Shown here: piece by piece, positions 10,186-20,698 of the stretch
Layout: the number at the start of each line of letters is the position of its first letter
Numbering within the stretch: the first letter of the stretch is position 1
From: an uncultured Gemmatimonadales bacterium
GTDB taxonomy: Bacteria > Gemmatimonadota > Gemmatimonadetes > Gemmatimonadales > GWC2-71-9
NCBI GenBank assembly: GCA_963842945.1
Contig: CAWJIM010000019.1
Location: 192,001-256,000, forward strand
Direction of reading: 5' to 3'
DNA length: 64,000 nucleotides
Translations under genes and position numbers: made by a program
The notes under the pieces: model-generated
Told to the model about the DNA's origin: nothing
What the model saw: only the letters and a program-made list of their open reading frames with translations
Database searches by the model: none

Positions 10186-11242
10186 TTCTCTCGCCTTCCT
10201 CAAGCGCCTGCTCGACACTCCAGGCCCCTCTTCGTTCGAAGCTGCGCCCGCCCGGTCCTGGAGAGCCGAAGCGGAGAAGTTCGCCGATACGGTGGAAGCC
10301 GATGTTTCCGGAAACTCTTTTGCCCGGCTGGACGGGTCAGGCGGGCCGCAGGTGATGTTCGCCGGCCACATCGACGAGATCGGGGTGATGGTCACCCACG
10401 TGGACGATGAGGGCTATCTCAGCTTCGATACCATCGGCGGCTGGGATCACCAGGTGTTCGTGGGGCAACGCGTCATCCTGCTCGGTCGGTCCGGCCAGGT
10501 AACCGGAGTGGTAGGGAAGAAGGCCATCCACCTGATGGAGCGGGAGGAGCGGGAAAAAGTCTCCAAGGTCGAAGACCTCTGGATCGACATCGGAGCCGCC
10601 AGTCGAGCCGAGGCGGAAGCCCGGATCCGGATCGGCGATCCCGGCGTGCTCTCGGCCGGGGTTCTCGAGTTTCCCAACGGGCGGCTGGTGAGCCGCTGCA
10701 TCGACAACCGGATAGGAGCATTTGTTGTTCTCGAGGCGCTCCGGCTCCTGGCTGGAGACCGTCCGGCGGCAACCGTCACCGCTGTGGCCACGACCAGAGA
10801 AGAGATCGCGGCCACAGGCGGTGGCGCCCGGTCGTCGGCCAGCCGGCTGGAGCCCGACGTGGCAATTGTGATCGACGTGACGCACGCAACCGACTACCCC
10901 GGCATCGACAAGCGGCGCCACGGCGACTACCGGCTCGGCGGCGGCCCAGCGATCTCGCGGGGAGCCTCGGTGAGTGAGATCGTATTCGAGCTGCTGGTAG
11001 AAACAGCCGAGGCGGAGCAGATCCCCTACAAGATCGAAGCGGCTTCTCGCGACACTCACACCGATGCGGAAGCCATTTTCAACGCTCACCGTGGGGTGGC
11101 CACTGGACTGGTTTCGGTGCCCAACCGTTATATGCACAGCCCCAATGAGATGGTGGCGCTCGAAGACCTCGACCGTACGTCTCGCCTGCTGGCGGCCTTT
11201 GCCCGGCGGCTTCGGCCCGACACGAGCTTCGTGCCGCAGTAA
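10175..11242 (+). CDS. M42 family aminopeptidase
   Basis: GPSSFE, AGHIDEIG, DNRIG, TTREEI, IDVTHA, RYMHSPNE. Confidence 0.93.
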   Translation: MNPDSLAFLKRLLDTPGPSSFEAAPARSWRAEAEKFADTVEADVSGNSFARLDGSGGPQVMFAGHIDEIGVMVTHVDDEGYLSFDTIGGWDHQVFVGQRVILLGRSGQVTGVVGKKAIHLMEREEREKVSKVEDLWIDIGAASRAEAEARIRIGDPGVLSAGVLEFPNGRLVSRCIDNRIGAFVVLEALRLLAGDRPAATVTAVATTREEIAATGGGARSSASRLEPDVAIVIDVTHATDYPGIDKRRHGDYRLGGGPAISRGASVSEIVFELLVETAEAEQIPYKIEAASRDTHTDAEAIFNAHRGVATGLVSVPNRYMHSPNEMVALEDLDRTSRLLAAFARRLRPDTSFVPQ

Positions 11243-11265
11243 GTAGCCCCTTCTATTATTCCCGG

Positions 11266-12534
11266 ATGCGTAACGCGTTCGCAGCTGTGGGGCTGGCGCT
11301 CACGGCGGTGGTCCAGTCGTTGGCGGCTCAGAAGCTGGTCGAGCCGCCCCGCCTTCTGGACGACATCAAGTTTCTCACTGACGATCGGCTCCAGGGCCGG
11401 GCCACCGGCTCCCCCGGGGCCGACTCCGCTGCCACTTACCTTGCCCGCCGGTTTTCCGAGGTGGGACTTCAGCCCGCCGCGGGAGGCTGGTTTCAGTCGT
11501 TCAACGTAGGCCGGGATGCTCCCTCGGCTCGGGGCAGGGTGGTGTTGGTGGGAAAGAATGTGATCGGCATTCTGCCCGGCAGAGATCCGGTCCTGAGAAA
11601 CCAGACCGTCATTCTCGGCGCCCACTACGATCATCTGGGGCTGGGTGGGTTCGGCAGCCTCGATCCCGACAGCACCGGCCGGGTTCACAATGGCGCGGAC
11701 GATAACGCCTCGGGCATTGCCGCGCTCATCCAGGTAGCAGCCCGGCTGGCCGCATCACCGCCGGCGCGGACCGTGGTGTTCATCGCCTTCAGCGGCGAAG
11801 AGCTGGGGTTGCTGGGCTCGGCTCATTATGTGAAGGAGCCGATCTATCCTCTCGCCGGCACCCTCGCCATGATCAATCTCGACATGGTAGGTCGCCTCCG
11901 CGCCGGGCGGCTCATCGTGTACGGCGCCAAGACCGCCAAGGAATTCCCTCCACTGCTCGACTCGCTCAACTGGTATGCGGGATTGGACCTCAAGGCTCAG
12001 GGCGACGGCTACGGGCCGAGCGATCAGTCCTCGTTCTACGCTGCCAAGCGCCCGGTGCTCCATCTGTTCACCGATCTGCATGAGGACTACCACCGCACTA
12101 CCGATGACTGGGACAAGATCAACGTCGACGGGCTGAAGCGCGTTGCCGACTTTGCCCTCGGACTGGTAACCGCACTGGCGAATCGCCGAGCTCCTCTCGC
12201 TTATATGGATGTGCCGGCGTCGGTCCCGGTACAGACCTCCACCACGGCCGCGACTTCGACTGGCTACGGAGCCTACCTCGGGACCGTGCCTGACATGACG
12301 GGGGCGCCCGGAGGGGTTCGGCTGGTCGGAGTGCGAGCGGGGAGTCCGGCCGAGAAAGCCGGGCTCCGGGGCGATGACATCATCACCAGAATAGGCGCGA
12401 CCGAAACGCCCGATCTGCAGGCCATGACCGAGGCGCTTCGAAGCTACCGTCCGGGAGAGACGGTGGACATCGTGGTCCGCCGCGGCTCGGCAATAACAAC
12501 CCTCCGCGCCACTCTGGGAATCCGGGGGGGCTGA
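11266..12534 (+). CDS. M28 family peptidase with C-terminal PDZ domain
   Basis: Signal peptide; GAHYDHLG, NGADDNASG, FSGEELGLLGS, SDQ, DYH; YLGTVPD...GSPAEKAGL PDZ. Confidence 0.93.
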   Translation: MRNAFAAVGLALTAVVQSLAAQKLVEPPRLLDDIKFLTDDRLQGRATGSPGADSAATYLARRFSEVGLQPAAGGWFQSFNVGRDAPSARGRVVLVGKNVIGILPGRDPVLRNQTVILGAHYDHLGLGGFGSLDPDSTGRVHNGADDNASGIAALIQVAARLAASPPARTVVFIAFSGEELGLLGSAHYVKEPIYPLAGTLAMINLDMVGRLRAGRLIVYGAKTAKEFPPLLDSLNWYAGLDLKAQGDGYGPSDQSSFYAAKRPVLHLFTDLHEDYHRTTDDWDKINVDGLKRVADFALGLVTALANRRAPLAYMDVPASVPVQTSTTAATSTGYGAYLGTVPDMTGAPGGVRLVGVRAGSPAEKAGLRGDDIITRIGATETPDLQAMTEALRSYRPGETVDIVVRRGSAITTLRATLGIRGG

Positions 12535-12535
12535 G

Positions 12536-12991
12536 GTGGCAGTGCTCGATAGCGAACGGATCATCGCCGCCCTCAGAGGGGCATTCGTCCGGGAAGAAGG
12601 CAGAGAGGCACTGCTTCGCCTGACGGCGGAAAAGATCCGGGCGGCCGGCCCGCCGTACACTTCGGTGTATCTCTACATGGTCCACGGCGAGGAGCTGGTG
12701 CTGGAGGCGTACTCCGGCCGAGAAACCGACCACACCCGAATCCCGGTGGGAGTCGGTGTCTGCGGCACCGCCGTCGCCACCAAGCAGGATCAGAATGTTC
12801 CGGACGTCCGGGCCGTGGAGAATTATCTGGCTTGCAATGCGTGGACCCGCTCCGAGCTGGTGGTGCTCATCCGGCGGGGGCCTCTCATCCTGGGGCAAAT
12901 CGATATCGACAGCGACGTACCCGACCCGTTTACTCCCGACGAAGAAGCGGCGGTGAGGCGGGTGGCCGACGCGCTGGCCATCCTGCTGTAA
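12536..12991 (+). CDS. GAF domain protein (free Met-R-sulfoxide reductase-like)
   Basis: RIPVGVGVCGTA, VPDV, YLAC, SELVV, GQIDIDSD. Confidence 0.85.
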   Translation: MAVLDSERIIAALRGAFVREEGREALLRLTAEKIRAAGPPYTSVYLYMVHGEELVLEAYSGRETDHTRIPVGVGVCGTAVATKQDQNVPDVRAVENYLACNAWTRSELVVLIRRGPLILGQIDIDSDVPDPFTPDEEAAVRRVADALAILL

Positions 12992-13002
12992 AGCCGGTCC
13001 AC

Positions 13003-13869
13003 ATGCCCATCGCCGAGGCACAGTCCGGAAGTCGACACGTCCGTGGCGTCAGCATTTTCGAGCGTCGCATCGGACAGGGGCCACCCGCCGTGGTGCTCCA
13101 CGGTGGCCCCGGCGCCCATCACGACTACCTCCTCCCCGGATTCGACGACCTCGCCAGTGGTCGCGAGCTCATCTACTACGATCAGCGGGGCGGCGGCCAA
13201 TCTCCTGTCACCCGGGAGACCCCGGTTGGCTGGCGCGAGCACGTGGCCGATCTGGAAGAGCTCCGAAAGCAATGGTCACTCGAGCAGCTGACCCTGGTTG
13301 GCTACTCCTGGGGAGGCCTGTTGGCGCTGCTCTACTCCACCGAGTACCCGAGCCGAGTCAGCCGGCTGGCCCTGGTCTCGCCGGCTCCCGCCTGGCGTGA
13401 AGCCCGGCAGGAGTTCGAGCGACGCTTTCAGGAGCGGAACCTGGACCCGGCTCTGCAGCAGCAGCGAGCCGATCTCCGAGCCAGCGGCCTCCGCGCAGAG
13501 TGACCCGGCTGCCTATGCCCAGCGGGCCTTCGAGCTTTCCGTTGCCGCTTATTTCTTCGATCCTGCCCGGGCTCGTGACCTCACGCCTTTCCGGGTAACC
13601 GGCCGGACTCAGCAGGAGGTCTGGTCCAGTCTGGGCGATTACGATCTCCGCCCGCGGCTTTCCGGGCATCCGGATCCCGGCCATCCTGCTTCAGGGCGAA
13701 GCCGACGTCATTCCCCTGGAAGCCTCCCGCACCGTCGCCCAGCTGCTTCAGGTGGACGCTGGCGGTACTTTCCCGCTGCGGCCATGTGCCGTACGTCGAA
13801 GCCCATCAAGAATTTGTGCGTTTGCTCCACGGGTTCCTGCCGCGCGCCGAGCCGGGGACGACCCGCTAG
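13003..13869 (+). CDS. Alpha/beta hydrolase (proline iminopeptidase-like), several frameshifts between ~13495 and ~13770
   Basis: LHGGPG, YDQRGGG, GYSWGG nucleophile elbow; C-terminal CGHVPYVE found in another frame ending TAG 13869. Confidence 0.8.
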
Positions 13870-13878
13870 ATTTCATTC

Positions 13879-14607
13879 ATGCAGCGCTTGCGTCCTACCC
13901 CGTTCGACCTGGTGTTCGAGACCACCGCCCAGACCACCTTCCCGGCCATCCGAACCGCTCTTGACGAGGCTGGCCACGACGCCCGTAATCGAGACGGCTT
14001 CCTCATGCTGCGGGAGGTGGTGTCGCTGCTGCGGGACCTCCGGCCGGAAGACGGATTGGGCGAGGGCATCGATCAACTGGCTGCGCTCGTGCATCACGGG
14101 TACCTCTTCTGGGCCGGCGGCAGCCTCACCGTGAAGCTGAGCTCGGATCAGCTTTCGGACTTCCTCCGTAGCGCGGCGCCGCGGGCAGCTCCCCAACCCG
14201 ATGGGCGAGCGTTCTACACCCAGCTACCGGAGCGGCGAGTCTGGGCTCAGGTCATTCCCGGAGATCCGCACGAGCCACTGGACGGCTGGTTCCAATACTA
14301 TGAGCCGGACGCCGGACTGCTGCGGGTTCTGGGGGTCTTCGGAATTCATCCCGATCGTCCAGGCTTCAGCGTGGTCGAGGTAGGCGGGCAGCAGCCGATC
14401 GGGTTGACCAGACCGGACGGCACGTCGGTGTTCAGCCCCACCCTTTCCGGGGGCGCGGCCGCGGGACTCTTCTCCCTTGCCGGTGAGGAGGAGCTGCTCG
14501 AGCTCGGCTGGCGGGTCATTGAGCTGGAAGCTGGGAGCGGGGAGCTGGGAGCAAACCGCTCCGAGCAGCCCGATCCGAGCTCCCGACTCCCGGCCCCCAG
14601 CTCCTAG
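13879..14607 (+). CDS. Hypothetical protein
   Basis: Clean ORF packed between operon genes; C-terminus encoded by a repeat element. Confidence 0.7.
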   Translation: MQRLRPTPFDLVFETTAQTTFPAIRTALDEAGHDARNRDGFLMLREVVSLLRDLRPEDGLGEGIDQLAALVHHGYLFWAGGSLTVKLSSDQLSDFLRSAAPRAAPQPDGRAFYTQLPERRVWAQVIPGDPHEPLDGWFQYYEPDAGLLRVLGVFGIHPDRPGFSVVEVGGQQPIGLTRPDGTSVFSPTLSGGAAAGLFSLAGEEELLELGWRVIELEAGSGELGANRSEQPDPSSRLPAPSS

Positions 14608-14609
14608 CT
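14521..14609. repeat. Palindromic element built from 7-nt GGGAGCT-type tandem units
   Basis: Left arm GAGCTGGAAGCTGGGAGCGGGGAGCTGGGAGC, right arm GCTCCCGACTCCCGGCCCCCAGCTCCTAGCT. Confidence 0.7.
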
Positions 14610-14613
14610 ATCT

Positions 14614-16353
14614 ATGGAGAGCGTCAAGGATTACATGGACAAGAAGGCGGTGGCTCAGGTGCTGGAGCAGATCGCCGCCTTCCTGGAGCTGAAGAGCGAG
14701 AACCCGTTTCGAATCAGGGCATTCAGGACGGCGGCCCGGGCCATCACCGGCTTTCCCGGCGACCTGCGGCAGTCTCTGGAAGATGGAGCGCTCGCATCGG
14801 CCAAGGGCATCGGGCCGGCAACACTCAACATCGTGTCCGAGCTGGTGAACACCGGGCGGGCGAGCATGCTGGAGGAGCTCCGCGAGCAGATTCCGCCCGG
14901 ATTGGTGGAGATGCTCGAGATTTCCGGCTTGGGGGTCGCCAAGATCCGCCAGATCCACGAGGTGCTGGGGATCGATTCCCTTCCCGAGCTGGAGGCGGCC
15001 GCCCATGACGGCCGTCTGGCCAAGCTGCCTCGGTTCGGCCAGCGCACGTCGGAGAACATCCTCAAGGGCATCGCCTTCCTGCGGCACACCAGCGCGTATC
15101 GCCTGTCCCATCACGCGGCCGACGAAGCCGAGGGTCTTCGGGCTGCGCTGGAGAGGCTGCCCGGCGTCACCAGCGCGATCACAGCGGGTGATGTGCGCCG
15201 CCGGTCCGAGATCGTCCGGGACCTCATCTTCGTGCTGGTGGCCGAGTGCTCGCCCGCCGACCTGTTTCGGCGGCTGAGTCAGCTCCCCGGGGTCCATGAG
15301 TTTGCGGGACAGGATGAGCGGCGGCTGACCCTGCGGTTTCCCGGGGGTGCCAGCGCACAGATCGTGGCGACCACTCCGGTAAACGCCGGAACCGTGCTGG
15401 TTCAGGCGACCGGCAGCGACGCTCACCTGAGTGCGCTCGGCGCCCGCGCGCGCGAAAAGGGCTACACCTTGGCTGGCGCGGCGCTGTGGCGGGGAAGTCA
15501 GTTCGTGGCTACACCGGACGAGCAGACCTTCTATCAGGCGCTCGGTCTGGAGTTCATACCTCCCGAGCTGCGGGAAGGCACCGACGAGGTAGAGACCGCG
15601 GCAAAGAGCGCGATGCCCGCGCTGGTGACTCAGCAGGATCTCAAAGGCTTTCTCCACTGCCACACGAGCTACTCGGATGGTTCGAACACCGTCGAGGAGC
15701 TGGCCATCGCTTGCAAGAATGCCGGCTACGAATACCTCGGCGTCACCGACCACAGCCAGGCGGCCGCCTATGCCGGCGGACTGCGGCCGGAGGATCTCGC
15801 TCGACAGGCCGACGAGATCGATGAGGTAAACAGCCGGCTCAGCGGCTTCCGGGTGCTGAAAGGGATCGAGGCCGACATCCTGCAGGATGGGCGAGTGGAT
15901 TACGAGGAACGGATCCTCGAGCGACTCGACTTCGTAATCGCATCGGTGCACAGCCGCTTCAACATGGGCGAAAAGGAGATGACCGCTCGCATGCTGGCGG
16001 CGATGGACAACCCCTATCTGACCATCATCGGCCATCCCACCGGCCGGCTGCTGCTCTCCCGGGATCCCTACCCGGTTGATTTGGACGCGGTCATCGGCAA
16101 GGCCGCCGAAACCGGTGTAGCCCTGGAGATCAACGCGGATCCTCACCGCCTGGACCTCGACTGGCGAGTGGTTCGGCAGGCGCGCGACCGAGGAGTCGTC
16201 ATTTCCATCGGTGCCGACGCGCACAGCGTCTCCGGTTTGAGCTACGTGGAGTTCGGAATGAACATGGCCCGGAAGGGCTGGTTGAGCTCGAGCAACATCT
16301 TGAACACTCGGTCGGTGGGCGACTTCGTCGCGTATGCCAGGAGGCGGAGGTGA
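14614..16353 (+). CDS. polX: DNA polymerase X / PHP exonuclease
   Basis: ENPFRIRAF 8-kDa domain, HhH GIG/GLG, IPPELRE, PHP motifs [23 protein letters not shown]. Confidence 0.93.
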   Translation: MESVKDYMDKKAVAQVLEQIAAFLELKSENPFRIRAFRTAARAITGFPGDLRQSLEDGALASAKGIGPATLNIVSELVNTGRASMLEELREQIPPGLVEMLEISGLGVAKIRQIHEVLGIDSLPELEAAAHDGRLAKLPRFGQRTSENILKGIAFLRHTSAYRLSHHAADEAEGLRAALERLPGVTSAITAGDVRRRSEIVRDLIFVLVAECSPADLFRRLSQLPGVHEFAGQDERRLTLRFPGGASAQIVATTPVNAGTVLVQATGSDAHLSALGARAREKGYTLAGAALWRGSQFVATPDEQTFYQALGLEFIPPELREGTDEVETAAKSAMPALVTQQDLKGFLHCHTSYSDGSNTVEELAIACKNAGYEYLGVTDHSQAAAYAGGLRPEDLARQADEIDEVNSRLSGFRVLKGIEADILQDGRVDYEERILERLDFVIASVHSRFNMGEKEMTARMLAAMDNPYLTIIGHPTGRLLLSRDPYPVDLDAVIGKAAETGVALEINADPHRLDLDWRVVRQARDRGVVISIGADAHSVSGLSYVEFGMNMARKGWLSSSNILNTRSVGDFVAYARRRR

Positions 16354-16489
16354 GGGTCGACGGACGGGCGGAGACGGCGGAACGGGCGGAAGACGCGCGA
16401 GGACTGCAGTTGCGAAAGGGCGGAAGAAGCAGGTCGCTCAAGAAATCGGTCCGGAGGAAGCTGTCCAGGTTCTGGCGTAGGGCGGTACC

Positions 16490-17126
16490 GTGGCACCGTC
16501 CGTCCGGCCGCCGGGAGAAGTACTCTCCCGACTCAAGGCAGCTTTACCCGGACGCAAAGTGCGCGCTGGACTACCGGAATGCCTTCGAGCTGCTCTCCGC
16601 CACCATTCTCTCGGCTCAGTGTACCGACGCTCGGGTCAACATGGTCACCCCGGTCCTCTTCGCCCGCTACCCTACAGCCTTCGAGCTGGCTCAAGCCGAC
16701 CCAGCCGAGGTCGAAGAGATCATCAAGTCCACCGGATTCTTCCGCAACAAGACCAGGAGTCTCGTCGGCATGGCGCAGGCCTTGGTGGCGGACTACGGCG
16801 GCGAGGTGCCCAGGACCATGGAGGAGTTGAGGAAACTGCCCGGTGTCGGCCGGAAGACCGCCAATGTAGTCCTGGGAAACGCGTTCAACCTGAACGAAGG
16901 AGTCACGGTCGACACCCACGTGGGACGGCTGTCCCGACTGCTGGGTCTGAGCGCGGAGGAGGACCCAGTGAAGGTAGAGCAGGAGCTGATGCGTCTCTTT
17001 CCCCAGGAGGAGTGGGCCCTTCTCTCCCATCTTCTCATCTTCCATGGCCGCCAGGTGTGCATAGCCCGGCGGCCTAAATGCAGCGATTGCGTGCTATCCC
17101 GAGTCTGTCCTTCGTCTCTCGTCTGA
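16490..17126 (+). CDS. nth: Endonuclease III (frameshift near 16540; start uncertain)
   Basis: [17 protein letters not shown]hH, VDTHV, C-x6-C-x2-C-x5-C [4Fe-4S] motif. Confidence 0.93.
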
Positions 17127-17146
17127 CCACCTCCAGGATCGAATCC

Positions 17147-18793
17147 ATGCCCCGTAACCTCGTGCTGTTGTGCCTGCTCAGTTGCCTGCCCCTGGCGGCC
17201 CAAAGTCAGACCTCGAGCTCACCTTCCGCTGCTGAAAAAGTTGCCGGTGCAGTGGATCAGCGAGTGCTCCGGGCCCATCTCGAGTTCCTGGCGGACGATG
17301 CCCTTGAGGGCCGGCGACCGGGCACTCGCGGTGGTGAGCTCGCGGCCAAGTACATCGCGGCCCAGTTCGAGCGCCTGGGCCTGCAGCCCGCTGGTGACAG
17401 CGGCACCTACTATCAGCACGTCCCCATCATCACCCTCACTCCGAGCCCCACCGTCCGCATCGCGGCGCCGGCGCCCGGCGATCTGGCGTATCGGAAGGAC
17501 TACGTGCTGTGGTCGATGCGGAACGATTCGCTGGTTTCACTCAAGGGCGATCTGGTGTTCGTGGGCTATGGCATCGTTGCGCCGGAGTATCAGTGGGACG
17601 ACTACCGAGGTCTCGATGTCAAGAACAAGATCGTGGTGGCCCTGGTCAACGACCCCGGACTGAGAGACTCCACGATCTTTCGCGGCCCCATTCTGACCTA
17701 CTATGGCCGGTGGACTTACAAGATCGAGGAGGCACAGCGGCAGGGAGCGGCCGGCATCCTGCTGGTCCACACGCCGGAGAGTGCCACCTATCCCTGGTCC
17801 ACAGTACAGTCGAGCTGGACCGGGCCCCAAGTTCGAATCGAGGAGCCACCAAAGTCACTCCTGATTGCCGGGTGGCTCACCAGCGATGCCGCGGGAAGAC
17901 TCTTTCAGCTGGGCGGAAAAGACCTGACGGCGTTGATGGACCAGGCTGCACGTCATGGATTCGAGCCGGTGCCACTGGGCGTCCAACTCGATGCCACAGT
18001 CCGGAGCTCCATTCAACGCTCCGGTACCAGCAATGTCCTGGGGAAGCTTCCCGGCCGGGGGCCCCTGGCATCAGAAGCAGTTTTGATCGGCGGCCACTAC
18101 GATCACTTCGGGATCGGCGCCCCGGTGAACGGCGATTCCATCTACAACGGAGCCGAAGACAATGCCTCGGGCACCGCGGCAGTTCTTACCGCGGCTGAGG
18201 CCTTCGCCCGAAGCGGAGTGCGCACCGGGCGCTCTCTCGTATTCGTGGGATTCACCGCCGAGGAGTCCGGGCTGCTGGGCTCCCAGGCCATGGTCGGCCG
18301 ATCTGCAATTCCGCTGAGCCGAATTGCCGCGATCCTGAACCTCGACGTCATGAACCTGTACGGCCGCACGAAAGATGTAGCGGCAGTGGGGCTCGATCAG
18401 TCGAATCTGAGCAAGACGTTCGGGCAGGCTGCCGCTGCAGAAGGCCTTCAGGTCACCGAGAGCCGGGAGGCTCTCCTTCACGGGGCCTTCTTCCGATCCG
18501 ATCACTTTCCGCTGGCTCGCGCAGGTGTACCCGGACTCTCGATCGAGGATGGGCAGCACTATGTGGGTCAGCCCGCCGACTACGGGAAGAAGAAACAGGA
18601 GGAATACACCGAGAAGCGGTACCATCAGCCCAGCGACGAGGTCCTCCCCTCATTCAATTATGATGGTGCACGGCAGCAGCTTCGTGTCATCGTCCGGACA
18701 GCTGTGGCAGTGGCCGATGCTTCGGCCCAGCCTGCCTGGAATTCAGGCTCCGAGTTCCGCAAAGCGGGGGAGGAGCGGGTGAAACAGCAGTGA
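17147..18793 (+). CDS. M28 family peptidase with PA domain
   Basis: Signal peptide; TYYGRWTYK, GHYDHFG, NGAEDNASG, TAEESGLLGS, RSDHF, YHQPSD. Confidence 0.93.
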   Translation: MPRNLVLLCLLSCLPLAAQSQTSSSPSAAEKVAGAVDQRVLRAHLEFLADDALEGRRPGTRGGELAAKYIAAQFERLGLQPAGDSGTYYQHVPIITLTPSPTVRIAAPAPGDLAYRKDYVLWSMRNDSLVSLKGDLVFVGYGIVAPEYQWDDYRGLDVKNKIVVALVNDPGLRDSTIFRGPILTYYGRWTYKIEEAQRQGAAGILLVHTPESATYPWSTVQSSWTGPQVRIEEPPKSLLIAGWLTSDAAGRLFQLGGKDLTALMDQAARHGFEPVPLGVQLDATVRSSIQRSGTSNVLGKLPGRGPLASEAVLIGGHYDHFGIGAPVNGDSIYNGAEDNASGTAAVLTAAEAFARSGVRTGRSLVFVGFTAEESGLLGSQAMVGRSAIPLSRIAAILNLDVMNLYGRTKDVAAVGLDQSNLSKTFGQAAAAEGLQVTESREALLHGAFFRSDHFPLARAGVPGLSIEDGQHYVGQPADYGKKKQEEYTEKRYHQPSDEVLPSFNYDGARQQLRVIVRTAVAVADASAQPAWNSGSEFRKAGEERVKQQ

Positions 18794-19974
18794 GCCTACC
18801 GCCTCTGCGGCTTGAGCGCATATCTTCTCCGCCGCCTGACCCCGCCAACCGAACCCCGGAGCGATCCTGGACCTGCCCACTGAGCACCGGATTCCGCTCA
18901 CCTGGCTGCTGGAAAACGCCGGGGCTTCGATCCGGTATCGCACGTATCGTGAGCTGGCCCCCCAAGGTTACGCCCCGCCCGAGGTAATCGAAGCGGCCCA
19001 GCTCGCCATTCTCGATTCCAAAACCGCCTTGGCAGTAGTTAAGAAGCAGAAGGACAGCGGGATATGGGGTGGAAACCTGCTCGGCCTGGCGACGTCCGCC
19101 GCACAGGGAGTAAAGGATGTAGGCACCATCCCCCAGTACCGGCGTCTGCTGCAGCTGGAGTGGCCACGCTCGAGCCGCCCGTTCAAGCTTGCCGATCAGG
19201 GTTCTCTTTCGCCTGCTCTCCCGGGACGAAGATCCCTCTCTCATGTTCGAGTTTCAGAAGGCGGTCAAGTCGGATCCGGAAGCCGAGTCGTGGGCTCGGG
19301 GGATCATGCGAGAAGCCGCGTCGGCTTCACTGGCCGAGGCGGGCTACGGGGATGACCCCCGTTTGCGGGGCGCAGGGCATAAGATCGCCAGCGCCATCTC
19401 TCAGTTTCTGCGGGGTCCGCTCGCCGAAAAGCCCTTCATCAAGTCCGGCAAACAGATGGTCCTCCATCCTGAGGCTCACCCACCGAGTTGGTATTCTGTC
19501 GCGATGCTGGCGTCAATGCCGAACCTGCAGCGGGAGCGGGCAGGATTCACCGAGCGGTTGGGCCACTACCTGGCCCAGCCCGAGCCGAAGAAGGCGTTCG
19601 TGATCCAGGTGGGGAAGAAGACGGTGCGGCCCCAGCACCTGATCTTGGGCGACCCGATCGAGGCCGACAGCAAGGGCGTGCCCAAAGATCTTCCCCTGGC
19701 CCTGCACTATATCGAGCTGCTCGCGCGTATGGGTGCCTTGGAGTGGGCTCCCGTGGCCACCAAGGTCTTGGGCCGGCTGCTGCAGGATTGCGATGAATTG
19801 GGCGTATGGCGCCCGAAAAACCTCAGATCGCAGCCAAAAACGGGAAATAAGATCACTTATCACTACTATCCACTTCACCTGGATCCCAAGACCACCGAGG
19901 GTCGGGAAGTGGACGTGACATTCAGGCTCGCCCTCATTGCCCAGGCCCTTGGCTGGAACCTGAGTTACACCTGA
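18790..19974 (+). CDS. Hypothetical protein, frameshifted near 18890 and 19195
   Basis: Protein-like segments continue across frames (WLLENAGASIRYR...KKQKDSGIWGGN...RVLFRLLSRDED...DVTFRLALI). Confidence 0.65.
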
Positions 19975-19990
19975 CCCTTGTGGCTTCAAC

Positions 19991-20012
19991 GGTAGTATAT
20001 GAAACTACTACC
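19991..20012. promoter_or_regulatory. Palindromic operator GGTAGTA-N8-TACTACC
   Basis: Perfect 7-bp inverted repeat 2 nt before the ATG of the TrmB-family gene; core recurs at 32054-32073. Confidence 0.7.
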
Positions 20013-20014
20013 TT

Positions 20015-20698
20015 ATGGGCCTAGATCTCACGAGCTTCGGCTTCACCCCGACGGAAAGCCTGGTTTATGAGGTCCTTCTCAAGCATGGTCCAGGCACTGG
20101 GTACGCTATTGCCAGAGCCGCCGGTCTGGCCCGGGCCAACGCCTACAGCGCACTCGAGGGGCTGGTGAGCAAGGGCGCTGCCCGGGTTGAAGCCGGACGC
20201 CCCCGCCGCTACCGACCCGAAGGGCCGGCGGGTCTCATCGCTCGAATCTCCAGCAACCACGGAACGGCCCTCGAGCAGCTCAGCATCGAGCTGGAGAGGC
20301 TGCCGGCTGAATCCGGTCCAACACTGGTCGAGATCGACTCCGGGCGCGGAGCCCTTCAACTGCTGACGCAGGGAGTCACCCGAGCCGCCCGGTCGGTGGA
20401 CCTCCTGGCGCCACCCGATGCGTATCCTCTGCTGAGTCCGGCGCTACGACGCCCATTCGCCGCCGGGGTCGCCTTGAGCCTTTGGTCGACGGGGCCTGTG
20501 GATCTCGGATTCTCGGAGGTCAGGGTCTTGCCGGAGCAGCATGATTGGCCGGGAATGCCGGTCCTCGCGGTATTCGACGATCACAGCGCAATCATTGCTT
20601 CTCGCAGAAACGACGTGGTGCAGGGTCACTGGAGCACCGCCCCTTCGTTCGTGGCCGCTGCCCGCCTCTCGCTCGAGCGATTCACGGAACCGACATGA
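20015..20698 (+). CDS. TrmB family transcriptional regulator
   Basis: N-terminal wHTH FGFTPTESLVYEVLL...TGYAIA...RANAYSALEGLVSKG. Confidence 0.85.
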   Translation: MGLDLTSFGFTPTESLVYEVLLKHGPGTGYAIARAAGLARANAYSALEGLVSKGAARVEAGRPRRYRPEGPAGLIARISSNHGTALEQLSIELERLPAESGPTLVEIDSGRGALQLLTQGVTRAARSVDLLAPPDAYPLLSPALRRPFAAGVALSLWSTGPVDLGFSEVRVLPEQHDWPGMPVLAVFDDHSAIIASRRNDVVQGHWSTAPSFVAAARLSLERFTEPT

